A DNA stretch of 50,226 nucleotides, the filler included, from Catajapyx aquilonaris (taxonomy: Eukaryota): assembly GCA_000934665.2 (NCBI GenBank). It is 3 parts of 3 records of this genome, joined end to end, with 100 filler letters (N's around TTAATTAATTAA, not from the genome) between each part and the next. Parts side by side here need not be neighbours in the genome. Positions count along the whole stretch, not along the records: positions 1 to 16,668 come from JYFJ02007135.1; positions 16,769 to 33,479 come from JYFJ02007136.1; 1 more part is not named here. One strand, given 5' to 3'. Shown piece after piece: positions 13,304-25,738 of the stretch. Position 1 is the first letter of the stretch, and each line of letters starts with the position of its first letter. Under the pieces are notes generated by a model. The model was not told the DNA's origin. It saw only the letters and a program-made list of their open reading frames with translations, and searched no databases. Made by a program: the position numbers and the translations under genes.

Positions 13304-16300
13304 TCAGTTGCATCCAGGGACGTTCTTGGGCCAGTCGCACGTGTCGGTGGCCGTGTTGAAGACCGTGCCTGACGGGCACCGGTACGACACCACTGTCCAG
13401 CCTCCGTGTCCGTCGTCGATGCAGTCGTAGTACTTGGCGCAGTCGTTTGGGTCTCGCACGAAGCCAGCCTTCTTGCAAATGTTGGGCGGGGGAGGGGCGG
13501 CAGTCGTCGTCGTCGTCGTCGTCGTCTTTGGGGAATAACGGCGACAGGTTTGTCATAATATCTCAGGAGGATTTTATACAGTGTTTGTGCCGTTCCACTG
13601 GCGTCAAGAAGTTTCATATATCGATACTGATGTACTCGGGCGGAAGCTTGTTTAATTTTTGCGAAAAAGCCGCCGGCCACAATCGCAATGATTGTAAACT
13701 TGTGAGGCTATATTGACTATGCGCGAGTGAATTTTTTATTCGTAATTTCGGAACTCCTTTCTTCTATGAACACTGTACCACGCGTTATGTAATTAAAGTG
13801 AGCGTCAACACATTAACGGCGCCGTTGATAACGTCGATAGATGTGTTATTAATCTTATTATTCATATGTGATTTTGAATTTTGTTTTCTCTTGAATTGAC
13901 GTTTCATTTGAGATGTCGGTTTATGTAAAAAAAAAAAAAGGAGTTGACTTACCGGGGCTGTCGGATCGGGAGTGGTGGTTGGTGGGTACGGAGGAGGAGT
14001 GATGATCCCGTGGTTGTTGTCCATGGCCTTTCTGAGGGCCTTGACTAAGGGGAACTTCTCTCCGCAGACCCCCTTGAAGTCGTCGGTGTCGATAGACCAG
14101 ACCATGGTTCCGGCCAGGCCCATCTCGTTGGCGAAAGTGGCCTGGAGTGAATCCAAAATGCATGCGGATTATCTAATTTGGATACTTCAAAGGAGGACCT
14201 GATGTACAGGGGGGGGGGGGGGGGNACAAAAAAGAAGGCAGAATTGGGCAAATTGGAGTGATGCGGCGGGCGTGTATACCTTGATGGCGATGGACTCTGG
14301 TGTGTCGTACCCGAAGAACTGGTTGCCTTTGTAGGTGTAAGGAGCCATGTAGTAAGGGTCGGTCACCACTGTCCAGCCGCCTTCTTTCTGAGCCTCGCAA
14401 ATCTATAATAATGTTCCCTGCCCGTTAATGCGTGCATGCTGAATAATGGTTGTGAACTGTAGCACTGACCTCGTTGTATCCCCACATCCCTGGCTCCTCT
14501 GTGTATGGTCCGCCCTGATTGGGCCCTGAGGCAGGGTCGTAAAGGCCATGCTTGGATTCATCCTGCAAGGTCCATCCGTTTCCATACAGGGCAGTGCCTA
14601 GTGTCATCTTCTTCGGATCAGCCCCCAGGGAGATCCAGTAGTTCACGGTGTAGTTCTGAAACATCCGGTGGAGCGATGACAATGTGCTGGGACAGCATTT
14701 TCCGCGTGACATTCACAACGTTGGGTCACACTAAGCATTAGTACAGCGAAGCATGTGCGTGTTCATCATGTGAATTCCTGCAAAAATTGCGGGACTGTAC
14801 CTGCACTGCACTTTGATCTCGGGTTTCTAGGAGGTATTTGGATATAGCCAGGGTATACAGCATGCTGTACCTGCATTGCATATATGATGGAATTTATCGT
14901 CAAAATTTTTTTTGTTGCCAGGTACAGTTAATGGCCATCATCAATATTTCTTGCAGGCCATCGCTTTCACATGTAGGTTATAGTAAATATTGACGAAAAT
15001 TGGAGTTTTCAGTACCATAGGCCTATAGTTTGCCTCTCTCGAAACGGGATCGCTAATGGCCACGATGCACCTGCATGGTTCAGACCCTTAGCTTATTCTG
15101 AACGTGTTATACTGCAAAATGTGCCAGCAGATTCCAGTCGAATACCCACTTCTGACTCCGGGAGTTCAAATATTTTTAAAAAATGGTAATTATGGATCCG
15201 TTCTACTATACAGTCAAGTTTTGAAGGCCTATTGAATAATTGCTCCATTAAGAAGATCAGGGCGACTTGATATCCTCTCATTTTTAAATAGCAGAATGTG
15301 GGCCGCACATCCAGTTGATTGCCTTATTTTTAGCAATACAGTATGTCTGGAGATCTAGAATAGCCCTGAGAAAACGAATATCACCCCCAAGTATGAATCA
15401 TATTACATTATTTTGGTTTACAAGCCAAATGCATGGAAATATAGTCAGTTATTATTTTTCTATCTCTCTATAATGACCGTTCCTTCATTACGGGCCGAAG
15501 GAAATGTCGAAGTGTCGTGTTTCCGACAAGTTGATCTATACCCTTTGCCCGGCCTTTGCCCTTGCCCCAAATAACAGACTCCAGCAGGTCAACCCCCCAA
15601 ATTACTTTCTAATACTCCTTCAGCTACATGTTTGCTTTTGAACATCTTTTCTTAGTATAGATGGGAATGGAGTTCATGTGATGCCTATATCGAAAAGCAA
15701 TCTATTTTCCATCGATTTCTCTCCTCGTTTTTGACATCCTCCTCTCTCTCAGCTTAGTTTTTAATCCTCCGTCTTCTCTCCCTCAATGCTCCAGACCCAA
15801 GTATATAGCCATTGAATTGGATGAGTAATGAAGTAGCATCCGAAAAGTTTGCGAGCGGAAACTCACCACGGTGAAGGTGAGGTAATCCCCGGTTTCTCCT
15901 GGTCTAGGGAACATGGGCGTGTTCACTCCGGTGAACATCTCCCAGGAACCGTGGTAATCATAGCACATCACGTTCAGGATGTCCAAGTACCTGAAAGCAT
16001 ATTATATTGGAAGTTTGTTGTACGCAACTACAACCATAGCAATAATTTCTGTAATACTGAATCACTCTGTACGGGGTGATATGCTACAGTGTGTCATTTG
16101 ATGTGGTTTGTTTACAGTCATATTGTAGCATCTGGCGGATTCGAGAGCCAAAAATTGAGCAGAGATTTCCGTCGTCTCCTTTTTTTTATTATTATTTTTA
16201 GCAAATAGCAACCTTCTCTCCCGGTGCCAGCAGTAAACAGTCTCGCAAATTGATGTTTGCGGAGACGTTATACACCCTTGGTGTTGATTCAACTAACGGG

Positions 16301-16668
16301 GAGCTTTTAAATGTCGCGAGAGAGAAGAAGAAGAAGAAAAAAAAACTTACTCTGAGACCTTGGCCACGTCGTAGGCCGCGTCGATGGTGGGCTTCCCAGC
16401 AGAGAGGGCCGCGGTGATAATGTAACCATGAGGGTCGAAGGCCTCCCTCATCTCCTTCAGAAGGGAAATGTAGTTTTGCTGTGGGAGAAAAGAAAGAGTA
16501 ATAGCTGATCAAAAGGTGGTCAAAAGGAATCTATTTTATCCGCCTTCCCAAAAATGATCAAAGGAAAAAAAAAAACGGACCTTGTCTTCGGGCTTTCCTC
16601 CACGACATCCAGGGTACTCCCAGTCCATGTCGAGTCCGTCGAAGTTGTACTTCTTCAGGAAAGCCACC
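13304..16668 (-). CDS. GH18 chitinase paralog 3, 5' end lost in the assembly gap; GH18 + linker + CBM14
   Basis: Exons <16668-16581 ([11 protein letters not shown]), 16478-16351, 15990-15867, 14655-14470, 14402-14280, 14141-13953 and 13525-13304 ([29 protein letters not shown]...VPGCN-stop). All are GT-AG and in frame. AATAAA at 13217-13212. Confidence 0.92.
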
Positions 16669-16768
16669 NNNNNNNNNNNNNNNNNNNNNNNNNNNNNNNN
16701 NNNNNNNNNNNNTTAATTAATTAANNNNNNNNNNNNNNNNNNNNNNNNNNNNNNNNNNNNNNNNNNNN
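16669..16768. other. Artificial scaffold spacer (N44 + TTAATTAATTAA + N44)
   Basis: Exactly 100 nt, with a 12-mer giving stops in all six frames; identical construction at 33480-33579. Confidence 0.95.
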
Positions 16769-17478
16769 TCGCCCAAATCACCTGCACCTGGCACACTGAT
16801 TGGCGGGAGAAAAAGTCGCGGACGATTCCATAACAGTCCGACAATCTTTTTGACCCTGATAGTACCGGTACTACAGAATAACACTAAAATGACACAAGAA
16901 AACATATGGATACCAAAAATCGAGTCAGTTGTTTGGCTGCAAAAGTTATTTTTAGAATCTGTAGACTTATAATCTCTCGATAAGGTGGGTCACACGGTCA
17001 CTACTATTATTTCATGAGTTTCAACAGTCGTTGGTGCAGTAGGCCCTATAATACTCTGTGTAGTGACGCTGTTATTTCAGTATAATCAGTTGTGAAAAAA
17101 GTGTTGTACAAATAAATGATTACTTCCTTACAGAAAATGATCCTTTCTTCCAGGAAAGTGAACCACCTCCTAAGAGGGCACCAGGAGACCCTCCAGGCTG
17201 GCACTATTTGGACAAATTTGCTTTGATGGCATTTCCTATCGCCTTTTTTATATTCAACATCACTTACTGGAGTTTGTACACTGATATGAGGGATAGGGAA
17301 ATGGAAGACTATCACAAACATTTATGAAACCCTTGCAAGGTTTGAAGCGAAAAGAAAATGAGAATGTCATGATTCAATTAGAAAAGTTCCGCAAAAATTC
17401 AAGCCCCCTAGACCCGATAAACTGATTTGGAGATATTTCCATGTTGTAGTGTGGAGGCTCCATTATTGGTGTAATAGG

Positions 17479-17637
17479 CAAGGGGGTAATCACTTCGGTA
17501 CTCCGGTGTATCAATACACCTGGGAGTGGTACTCCCTGGTATCATACTCCTCAGGCACCTCACTCTTTATTACTCCGTGGTACTCCTTGAATTTGGTACT
17601 CCAGTGTACACTTTTCAGTCGAGTGATTACCCCCTTG
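17479..17637. mobile_element. MITE with 8-bp TSD (hAT- or P-type termini)
   Basis: Perfect 16-bp TIR caagggggtaatcact / agtgattacccccttg. Flanking direct repeat gtaatagg at 17471-17478 and 17638-17645. Internal ggtactcc repeats. Confidence 0.85.
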
Positions 17638-17725
17638 GTAATAGGTCCACATCAAAAATGTATCCATTTAAAGACTGTCACTCTCAAAGGTGCAGATTGG
17701 CAAACGGTATAAGTAAATAATGAGT

Positions 17726-18097
17726 TCCAATGGAAGTGTCCTTTTCATTTTGCGCTTTTTGCACTAAGCTGCTTATTTTAATGCAGATTTACTTCTAAGG
17801 ATTAATATTATATAAATATTTGTTTCTAATATTGCATTGTGTGAAATCATTCGTTAAGGCCATGAATATTGCAGGGCATCAGTTGTTAAATCTGAAGGTA
17901 TTGCGAATGACCCAACATCTCGGATATCAGCGACTTAATCCGTATTGTTCAGGCGTACATTAAAAAGGATGCGTTCTTTCACCTAATATTAACATCGAAT
18001 ATTAATTTAATAACATCTAAATGTACACATTCGATAGTACTTAATAAGCAGCTTAGAGGAAAAGTGTCTCACTGAAACGGACACACTGTGCATTGGA
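17726..18097. mobile_element. Degenerate MITE-like element with long imperfect TIRs
   Basis: tccaatg..agtgtcc..ctaagctgcttatt at the left end mirrors aataagcagcttag..ggacac..cattgga at the right end. No clear TSD. Confidence 0.5.
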
Positions 18098-18598
18098 GAA
18101 AAAAAAACACGGCAGAAAGACCCTATCAACTGTTAAGCTTGCAGGCCTTTAGAAATAATGTCTGCAGAAAGACGGCTTTGAGATTAATGATCTTAAAATC
18201 ACTCTTAATGTTTGATAATATTTATATACGTCAACGTGCGTAAAAAACGGCAATATATTTTTTTGGAAAAAAAATAGCGACAGGTAATTTGCCTTTCCAG
18301 GATTTTTTTTTCCATAATAAGCTACTCTCCTAAGTAACGGTATGCTTTTGAGGAAAAATTAATAGCCCCATTCCATAATAGTAATGTAAAGGGCAGTTTC
18401 CAAACCTTTTCATGCAGAAGCATTAGTAACTATTATAATGCAGATATCTGGGCAGTTACTACACATGTAACTGTTGATAATAGAAATATGTTTATTTACC
18501 ATTTTTAAGTCGCTGGAAGTTGCATCGTAATTATACAATCTATAAATTAGTGTGACAAAATGAATAATTAATAATAGAAATAAAATACGATAATATGA

Positions 18599-18875
18599 GG
18601 GAGGCATGGTGGTCTATAGTGGTTACGCCAATGGCCAGCCAAGCGGGAGGCCGGGGTTCAAATCCCGTCCCCGTCACCTCTGCTTGGCCGGGTCTTTTTC
18701 CGCTTTTCACTCGACATGCCGTGGCAGAATTGCACTCCCTACTCTTCCCAGGGCCAGGAGAAAAGGCCTGGTGTTTAAAGAATGTCAGAAATGACTACCG
18801 CACAGCGCCCTCCCTTGGGAACCTCCCCTTCCCCCCAAGAGGGCCTCGGGCCCTATCACAGGGTATTTTTAAAAG
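18599..18875 (+). mobile_element. tRNA-derived SINE (family A)
   Basis: A-box-like tggtctatagtgg and B-box ggttcaaatcc. 12-bp TSD acgataatatga at 18587-18598 and 18876-18887. 3' end gggccctatcacagggta resembles family B. Confidence 0.85.
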
Positions 18876-20221
18876 ACGATAATATGATGACATCCTTACT
18901 AATTGGAGACCAATCACATAAATATGAACATCTTTATCAGCCTTTTTAAAAACTACCGGTAATAGCACACGAAATACTTAATTTACTCAAAAAACAGAAA
19001 TGTCGCCGAATTTGTATTTATGTCATGGATGCCAGAATTTAAAAGACAATCATTTTGATGATGTAAGAGTGAAACTCATTATACTGTATATTTTGTTTCG
19101 GTTCAGCTACAATTTATAATGATTTTACTAATTACACTAGTGTTATTATTGCTGATCAGTTGTACAGAGTTTTGTCAAGTACTGTCAGAAATAACAAAGC
19201 CCAAATTACCGCCTTAATACCTTTATCGTAAAAAGTGTTTGAAACAGAATATTCTTTTTTGATACACATTCATGAGTTTTTTGTCGGTTTTTCAATTTTT
19301 CTTTTATTAATATCATCACGCCCCACCCAGTTTGGAAATATGGCGTGATATATTGTCTCAATAAATTTTCATGCATAATACTGAGGAAATAATTGAATGG
19401 AAGGAGATAGTGATTTTGCTTCCTCACCATACTCTGCAAAAACACATCGCAGCATTAATTTATAACTCTTCCTAGCACTATAACACGAACGCCATATGGA
19501 AAGTGCCAATTTGTTTACGCGGTTTCTAAATTTATGAGGAAAGGAGTGAGGGAACATCTTTCCCCTGCTACGCCAATACTGTTTCTTTGCTATCCATTGC
19601 ATCTGGAGCCTATCAGCTAACAATAATATTTATGTCGATTTGTTATTCCACTTTTTATCACAGATAAATTTGATACAAAATCAAACTTGATTTGCATAAT
19701 AATAAGAGTCACATTCTGGGCGAAATAGTTAGGCATTGTGTAATATTGTCCTCAACAATATTTGTGATGGTTAAGTTAGTCTTCAGAAGAAACATTCTCT
19801 TATACAATAAAAATGTTTAAATAAAATGTAGCTCGTATGAGCCAATGCCACTATTTACATCAAAAACTCTGTCTCGAAATAATTCAAATGTGATTCTGTA
19901 TTTCAGGCTCGCCCACGCATGTGCAAGCAGCCATAGAGTCATTGGAAAAATAGGGTCATGGGGAGAAATATGTCGTCCCTCATTGCTCTTATCGCTGATA
20001 CAAAACTATGATGGAGACAACTTACTGATTACTAACTGTGCAGAGATTTTCCCTAATATGATTTTTCATACCACAGGTAGGCTACTTCCTGAAATATTAC
20101 CTGGACACCTATCAGCCAAGTTTCCAAGTCACACCTGGCATATATCCAGTAGATAGTTTGCTATATGGAAATATGGCGTTATTGACCCATATTTTTTTAG
20201 GTGTCCTTGTCCGTAAAGTCT

Positions 20222-23200
20222 GGGTACCGCGAACGAGGGAAGGTTATAGGGAGCGAAGGGGAGGTGCAGGTACCAGTGCAATGTCGTTTCTGTGCATTCC
20301 CCCGGGTGGTTAGGCTCAAGGAGTCCCATCCGAGACGGAGCCAGAGACGACCCAACTCCGCACAAGATGAGAAAGAGAAACGCGGGCTTGGAATCTAACC
20401 CAGGACTTTTCTTTCCTGTGGGCGCGAGCGTTACAGATGCTACACTCCGCCTCCCCCCAGATTCAGCAGATAGTTATGTAGAGTCGACTACGAATATGTG
20501 AGGCTTGAAGGAACAGCGGAAATCAGTTTCCTATAACCCAGGTTTCCTATATCCAATTGCCCATGCCATACATGGAAGTATGCCAGGACCGGGACCAGCC
20601 TTCGTGTTGGCTATCACCTAGGGTTGCTTTTAGCCGAGGCTCTTATATCCGGAGTTTACTGTATTGTTATTTATTTTATAATACGGTATTGTGTAGTATT
20701 TGTCTCAATCCGTAGCTGTCTGTGAATGGGATTCTTCAGAAAAATTTGTATGTATAAGTCTCTCAAGAAATGGTCGAATTATTGTTCAGATAATGCCATG
20801 AAATTTATTTGTGTAATATTGTTGGTACCAAACAATTACCATCGGTTTAAAAGCGATAAAACACTGCCGGTATTTAATGTATTAATACACTTTGCTACGA
20901 AATTGTAATCCTTATTACTTCCAATTGAGTGAGCCTTGTTATATACAGTATTTTTACGCTATTGTTTCAAAATATCTGTAGCGTTCCCAACTCCTAAATA
21001 TCCCGACACCCTGTTGTGCACCTGTACATTCTGTTCAAACAGTTACCGCCTCTAAACGAGTTGGGTGGCCATCTATCGTCACTTCATGAAATCCCGACAG
21101 AGTGGTCAATAGTAAGGCTGAACGAATTGCTGTCCTCTGACAGCGTTCCCAGAAGTTTCTGGTGGCATTATAGTGTGAGTGCTACTCAGCGAATAGTAGT
21201 AGATTCAATAAATGATAGTTTCTCGCAGCTGCGCAATCAATGTGTTGCCGCCCTTGCCGGCAATGTTTGAAATCCGGTATTATACTTGTACAGTGGTGGC
21301 CATAATTATATTATTACCTTTTTGTTTTTTGGGCGTAACTTTTTTCAGAGTGATCCGATTTAGCTGAAATTTGAACAAGCTATGCGCAATGGCATTTAAT
21401 GATAATATATACAAATTGAAGAATTTATAAGTTGTAGAAAAACAATAAACAATGTTTTTATTTATTTCTTCGCGTACCGGTACTTCAAAATTAAACAAAA
21501 TCTTTAAACAACCATAACATTCTGAAAACTCAACCAAATGCTACAAAACTTAACAAGATAATCACTCACATCTTGTACTTGGTCTGGTTACCCTTGGCCT
21601 CGATGACAGTTTGACATCTGCGAGGCATTGAGGCGACCAACTTGTCCAACACCTATTATGGGATCTTCTTCTACGCTAGGTACCACCAGTTGCTTGTACT
21701 TATCGGTGGTACTGGATGCTCTTTTGTTCTTCAGATGACATCCCAGAAACATAAAGCCAACATAAAGCCATACAGTATCACCAACACAATCGGAAACTCC
21801 ATCCCTGACCCAGGCAGGAGAGCTCAAAATTTCATTTCATATCTGCCCTTCCATTCCGAGTACTGGCGCTGGCGTCGGTGTGCATGTCCTTTCCCACATG
21901 CCTAATAAGCGTCCGAAGCAGCATTAACACAATCATGACAACTGAACAGGACACTCTCCTCGAACCGTATGCTCCGATATACAGGGTGATTCTTTGCATA
22001 ACCGAACCCTGAATTTCTGTTATATCTTGTAAGGGTGTGGACGCAAATCGATGAAATTGTCATGACACGTACCTCCAACGATGTTTAGCAGATTATGATA
22101 TCGCAACAAGTTCTGGAATTCATGGCAGAAGCAGCACGATACAACAAAAAAGCGTCCAAAATGGCGTACTCAGTGGAAATGCTCGTGTTTATTGTGCGAA
22201 CGTACTGGGTTACCGGCTCACTTTCGGAAACACGACGAGAGTTCAAAAGAACATAATTATGGTGTGAGAAATGTCCCGACGAAGTCAACAATTCACCAAT
22301 TGGCGCGGAAACTGGAGAACACTCTTCTCGATAAACGTCGTCAGCCGCCAATGCCAAAGCCTACAGTTCTGGATATTTCTGCTAGACTGGAACAGTCGCC
22401 TGCCAATGTCATCTGCCAAATATTGTACTGCCGTTGTGTTTCCGAAAATGAGCCGGGGACCCAGCATGTTCGCATCATAAACACGAGCATTTCCACTGAG
22501 TATGCCATTTTGGACGTGTGTTTTTTTTTTGTTCTGCCACTTCATTTCGGGTGGTGGTGTACGGGTGACAAAACCTGCTCTAAAAAGCAGTAGTATGCTA
22601 ACATTGTTGCCTTTAGAGAAGCAGCTGAGTATACAGGGTGTACCATGTCATCCCCCCAAACAACCACAACAACAACAACTTATATGGCGAACTCCGGAGC
22701 AATAGTGAATCACTTTACGTAGATGTGTCGTTTGGTCTGCTCAGCGCATTGTTACCGAGATAAAGGGCTATTTATCATGTAGTACGAGTAGGCCTATAAC
22801 ATATTCCAGGAGGTTTACATCGTGTTAGCCTATACTCGGCAGACATGCCGGTGTGTTATCATTATCATCACAAGTCAAACGCTACCCGCATATGTGGGAG
22901 CCCGAAGCGAGTGTCAAATGAATAGCTGACTGACATACACAGGAAAATGTGGGTCATGATCCAGAGTTAGTGCACAGTGACCGAAAGAGCAGTCTTTTAA
23001 CATCAAGTTTTGTCCCAGACTGAAACAACCTGGAAGATTCGCAGGCTTTTGGGAACGAAACAAAAGGGGTAACGCACATAAAAGACTGGCACAATCGTAG
23101 CCTATAAGGTCGCGTGGAGGGACGCATACGTAAGGCTCCTCATTTGTAGCCCCTAAACTCTAGACTGAAACTGGAAGGTTGGCCTGTCTTCTCCCTTAGG

Positions 23201-23652
23201 AACTGCACTCTGCTCAGTATCTTTCTCTGCATGGCTTTCATATACAGTATATAGTGAGCATCATTGCCGCAGTCCATCTAACTTACTGAAAGGCGAGGGA
23301 CTCATCTCTTCGTTTCCTTATAGAATTTTAAAAATAAGATGAAGTCAATGAAAGAATTATGGAGGAAAAGGTCATATGGGTGGTCGACCACTTAGGTTGA
23401 AAAATTGGTGGGAAGAGGTCAACGGATGGGGCAAGAGGAGGGCCAAAGTCTAAAGTTAAACAACAGCGTTACATAATGTACAAGTATGAAACAACCTTCA
23501 GACGATACTACAGTACTTATAAACCTTGTATAAGAACATGAAAGTAAACATACTAATGTACCAAAAACCTTCACTTAACCGCATACGCCATACCTGTACA
23601 CAAAATCGAACGTATAGGCTACATAATTATGGATTACTGTATACTGTATGTA
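20222..23652 (+). repeat. Segmental direct repeat, copy 1 (shorter copy)
   Basis: Near-identical by eye to 27199-32755, except that it lacks 28680-28816 and 28869-30890. It begins inside a truncated SINE (20222-20458). Confidence 0.92.
21982..22520 (+). mobile_element. Tc1/mariner-type relic with a frameshifted transposase N-terminus (DUF4817-like HTH) and an internal inverted copy
   Basis: TA-CAGGGTG terminus. From 22161 it reads MAYSVEMLVFIVRTYWVTGSLSETRREFK, then after a frameshift NYGVRNVPTKSTIHQLARKLE. About 22152-22237 is inverted at about 22432-22516. The family call is from memory of the motif. Confidence 0.65.
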
Positions 23653-23678
23653 TGTATATTAAAACAATGCAACTCGGG

Positions 23679-24034
23679 GGGGGGGGGGGGGTGNGTGTAG
23701 ATGGCCGAGATGGTAACGTCTCGGCTTGCTGAGTGAAAGCCCCAGGTTTGATCCCCGCCTGGGGAACTTTCCTTTCACCTGCGTCAGGAGGGTCTCTGAC
23801 CTGCACCAAGGAGGTGTCTGGCAACCTAACCTCCTGGGGAACAGCACATGACCCCTTTACCGACATTTCACTTGCACCAATGTTCCCTCCCCAAAAATCC
23901 CTATATCCTTACCTCATGTCCTTTCATCCTTGCACCGGAGTTAGAAGAAAAATCAGAAAATTGAAGGAAAAATGGTGGTATTCCACACCCCTATAAGGGC
24001 CTATGGCCCTATCACGGGGTAACGTAAAAAAACA
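23679..24034 (+). mobile_element. tRNA-derived SINE (family B)
   Basis: A-box tggccgagatgg, B-box ggtttgatccc and an A-rich tail. TSD aaaacaatgcaactcggg at 23661-23678 and 24035-24052. Homologous copy at 29632-29988 (-). Confidence 0.9.
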
Positions 24035-24167
24035 AAAACAATGCAACTCGGGATATTACTTCAATGGTTACGCAAGCTGCATCGGCGTTTCGGATCTGCA
24101 AGGATTTCCTTTTATTATGGCAGACAAAATGTATACTGTCTTGGGCAACCCAAGTATTTGCATGTTT

Positions 24168-24310
24168 ACCTTGAGATTTCCTTGGATTTCCTTGGATTAC
24201 CTATGATTTCCTTGGATCTCCTTGGATTACCTATGATCACCTATGATTACTCAAGATTACCATGATTTCCTATGATTAGCCTACTATATGATTACCAGGA
24301 TTACCAAACG
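24168..24310. repeat. Degenerate ~10-bp-unit minisatellite (ccttggattt / cctatgatta variants)
   Basis: Tandem units are visible directly. Confidence 0.8.
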
Positions 24311-24873
24311 ATGTGTACACCAGATTACCAGAGTGTGTAACCCCTTCTCCGAACAATGCCTAAAATGATCGCTAATTCAAAATAAACATGCACTTCCTGT
24401 TACTGTATATACTTTTTAAAATGGCAAAGTTCATTGTAATTATCATTTTAATGCATTTATATTTTATTTGGTATGCATTTCATAATTTTAGTCCCAATAG
24501 GTGCTTCACAGCCACTGCGCAAAGCGAGCCATAATTGCCATAAGGCTCCACAATTTTCCGTATTCCCGCCACCCTCTTGCCATAAATCACGTGATCCCCC
24601 CTCCTAGATGTTGGGTCCACTTCTGCGCTTGCTTGTAAACGGGAGGGGAGCGTGTATACACTGTTGAAGGTCTGGGTCAACCTACGTTGGTAGTCCTCAA
24701 GGCATGTTACCTGGTTGCTAAGCAACACTTGAATAAACAAAGGTCCAAGCAACCGATGAGTTTGTTGACACTAGTTCATTCGCAATTCCACTCCAGTCAA
24801 GTGTAGACGTGTTTGGAACGAGTGCGTTCATTTGTAGGCTATATTTCATTTACACGTACCTTGGACCGTAAAT

Positions 24874-25738
24874 ATGGGGAAGACACCCCGAGTGGACAAC
24901 CGTGTGGACGGTTACAGCCTCTTTGAAGCTTCTGTGATAGAGCGAGTGGAACTACGAGGCCCCCAGGTGGACTCGGAGGGAAAAGTAGACGCTGTGAGGA
25001 GAGCCATGGAGGGCTGGAGGAACATGGAGAGGGATCTGAAGGGCTCGTGGCAGAGACAGGCTGACATCAGTTTGTCGATGGTGGAGACCCAAAGAGCAGT
25101 CTGGGAGACCACCACCCGCAGCAGGGGACACCCCATGAACCCAGGATTTGTACTCTACTACGTGGATGTCAGGCCGGTCAGTGCATTGGTATCATATATG
25201 CTGTCACTACCAGTGGCATGTCACAGCAGGCAATTCCATTACTGTTAGAAGTTGTTTAGGAAACTGATCAGTGTCACTAGGGTATAGTCAGATATCACTT
25301 CTGCCAGCACATGCTGACACACTTTTCACTACAGACCATCTCGTCGCAGTTCCCAAAGGGCAATCCTGATGAGTGGATTGCCGTTGCCCTGCAGAGGTGG
25401 GACAAGCTTCCTGCATGTCGTATGGCAGAATACAAGAATGAAGCTCAGGCACACCCAGAATACTTTGTTGTCCCGACTGGTCCCACAAAGGTAAGAAGCC
25501 AACTCATGCTTGTATTCCGACAGAGTGTATACTATCTGGCACATGCCATTTGCAGGAGTTATACAAACGGTTGTGCAAGACATCATTTGACATCCTGGAC
25601 AACAAACACAGTGTTGCTGGCCAGAAGAGGAGGCTGAAACTCAGGGAAGTGGCCAGGAACGAGGAGATGCAGCCAAAAGCTGCTCGCAAGAAGGCCTCAA
25701 AGGTGTCCGAGAAGACCCAGGATCGTCCACGAACATAG
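24874..25738 (+). CDS. Putative three-exon gene, 213 aa, with an HMG-box-like domain and a basic C-terminal tail
   Basis: Exons 24874-25176, 25335-25490 and 25556-25738. Introns GTCAGT...ctacag and GTAAGA...ttgcag are both phase 0, with no internal stops. The splice joins HPMNPGFVLYYVDVRP|TISSQFPKGNPDEWIAVALQRWDKLPACRMAEYKNEA. AATAAA at 25919-25924. Confidence 0.65.

Noticed and set aside
16713..16724. TTAATTAATTAA as a biological motif
   Set aside because: Centred in a fixed-length N spacer and repeated identically at 33524-33535; an assembly linker.
18599..18680. tRNA gene calls at SINE heads (also 23690-23765 and 29910-29988)
   Set aside because: A/B boxes are present but I see no full cloverleaf; each continues into a body and tail bounded by TSDs.
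24168..24310. CRISPR-like array
   Set aside because: Tandem degenerate units without unique spacers, in a eukaryotic context with no cas genes.
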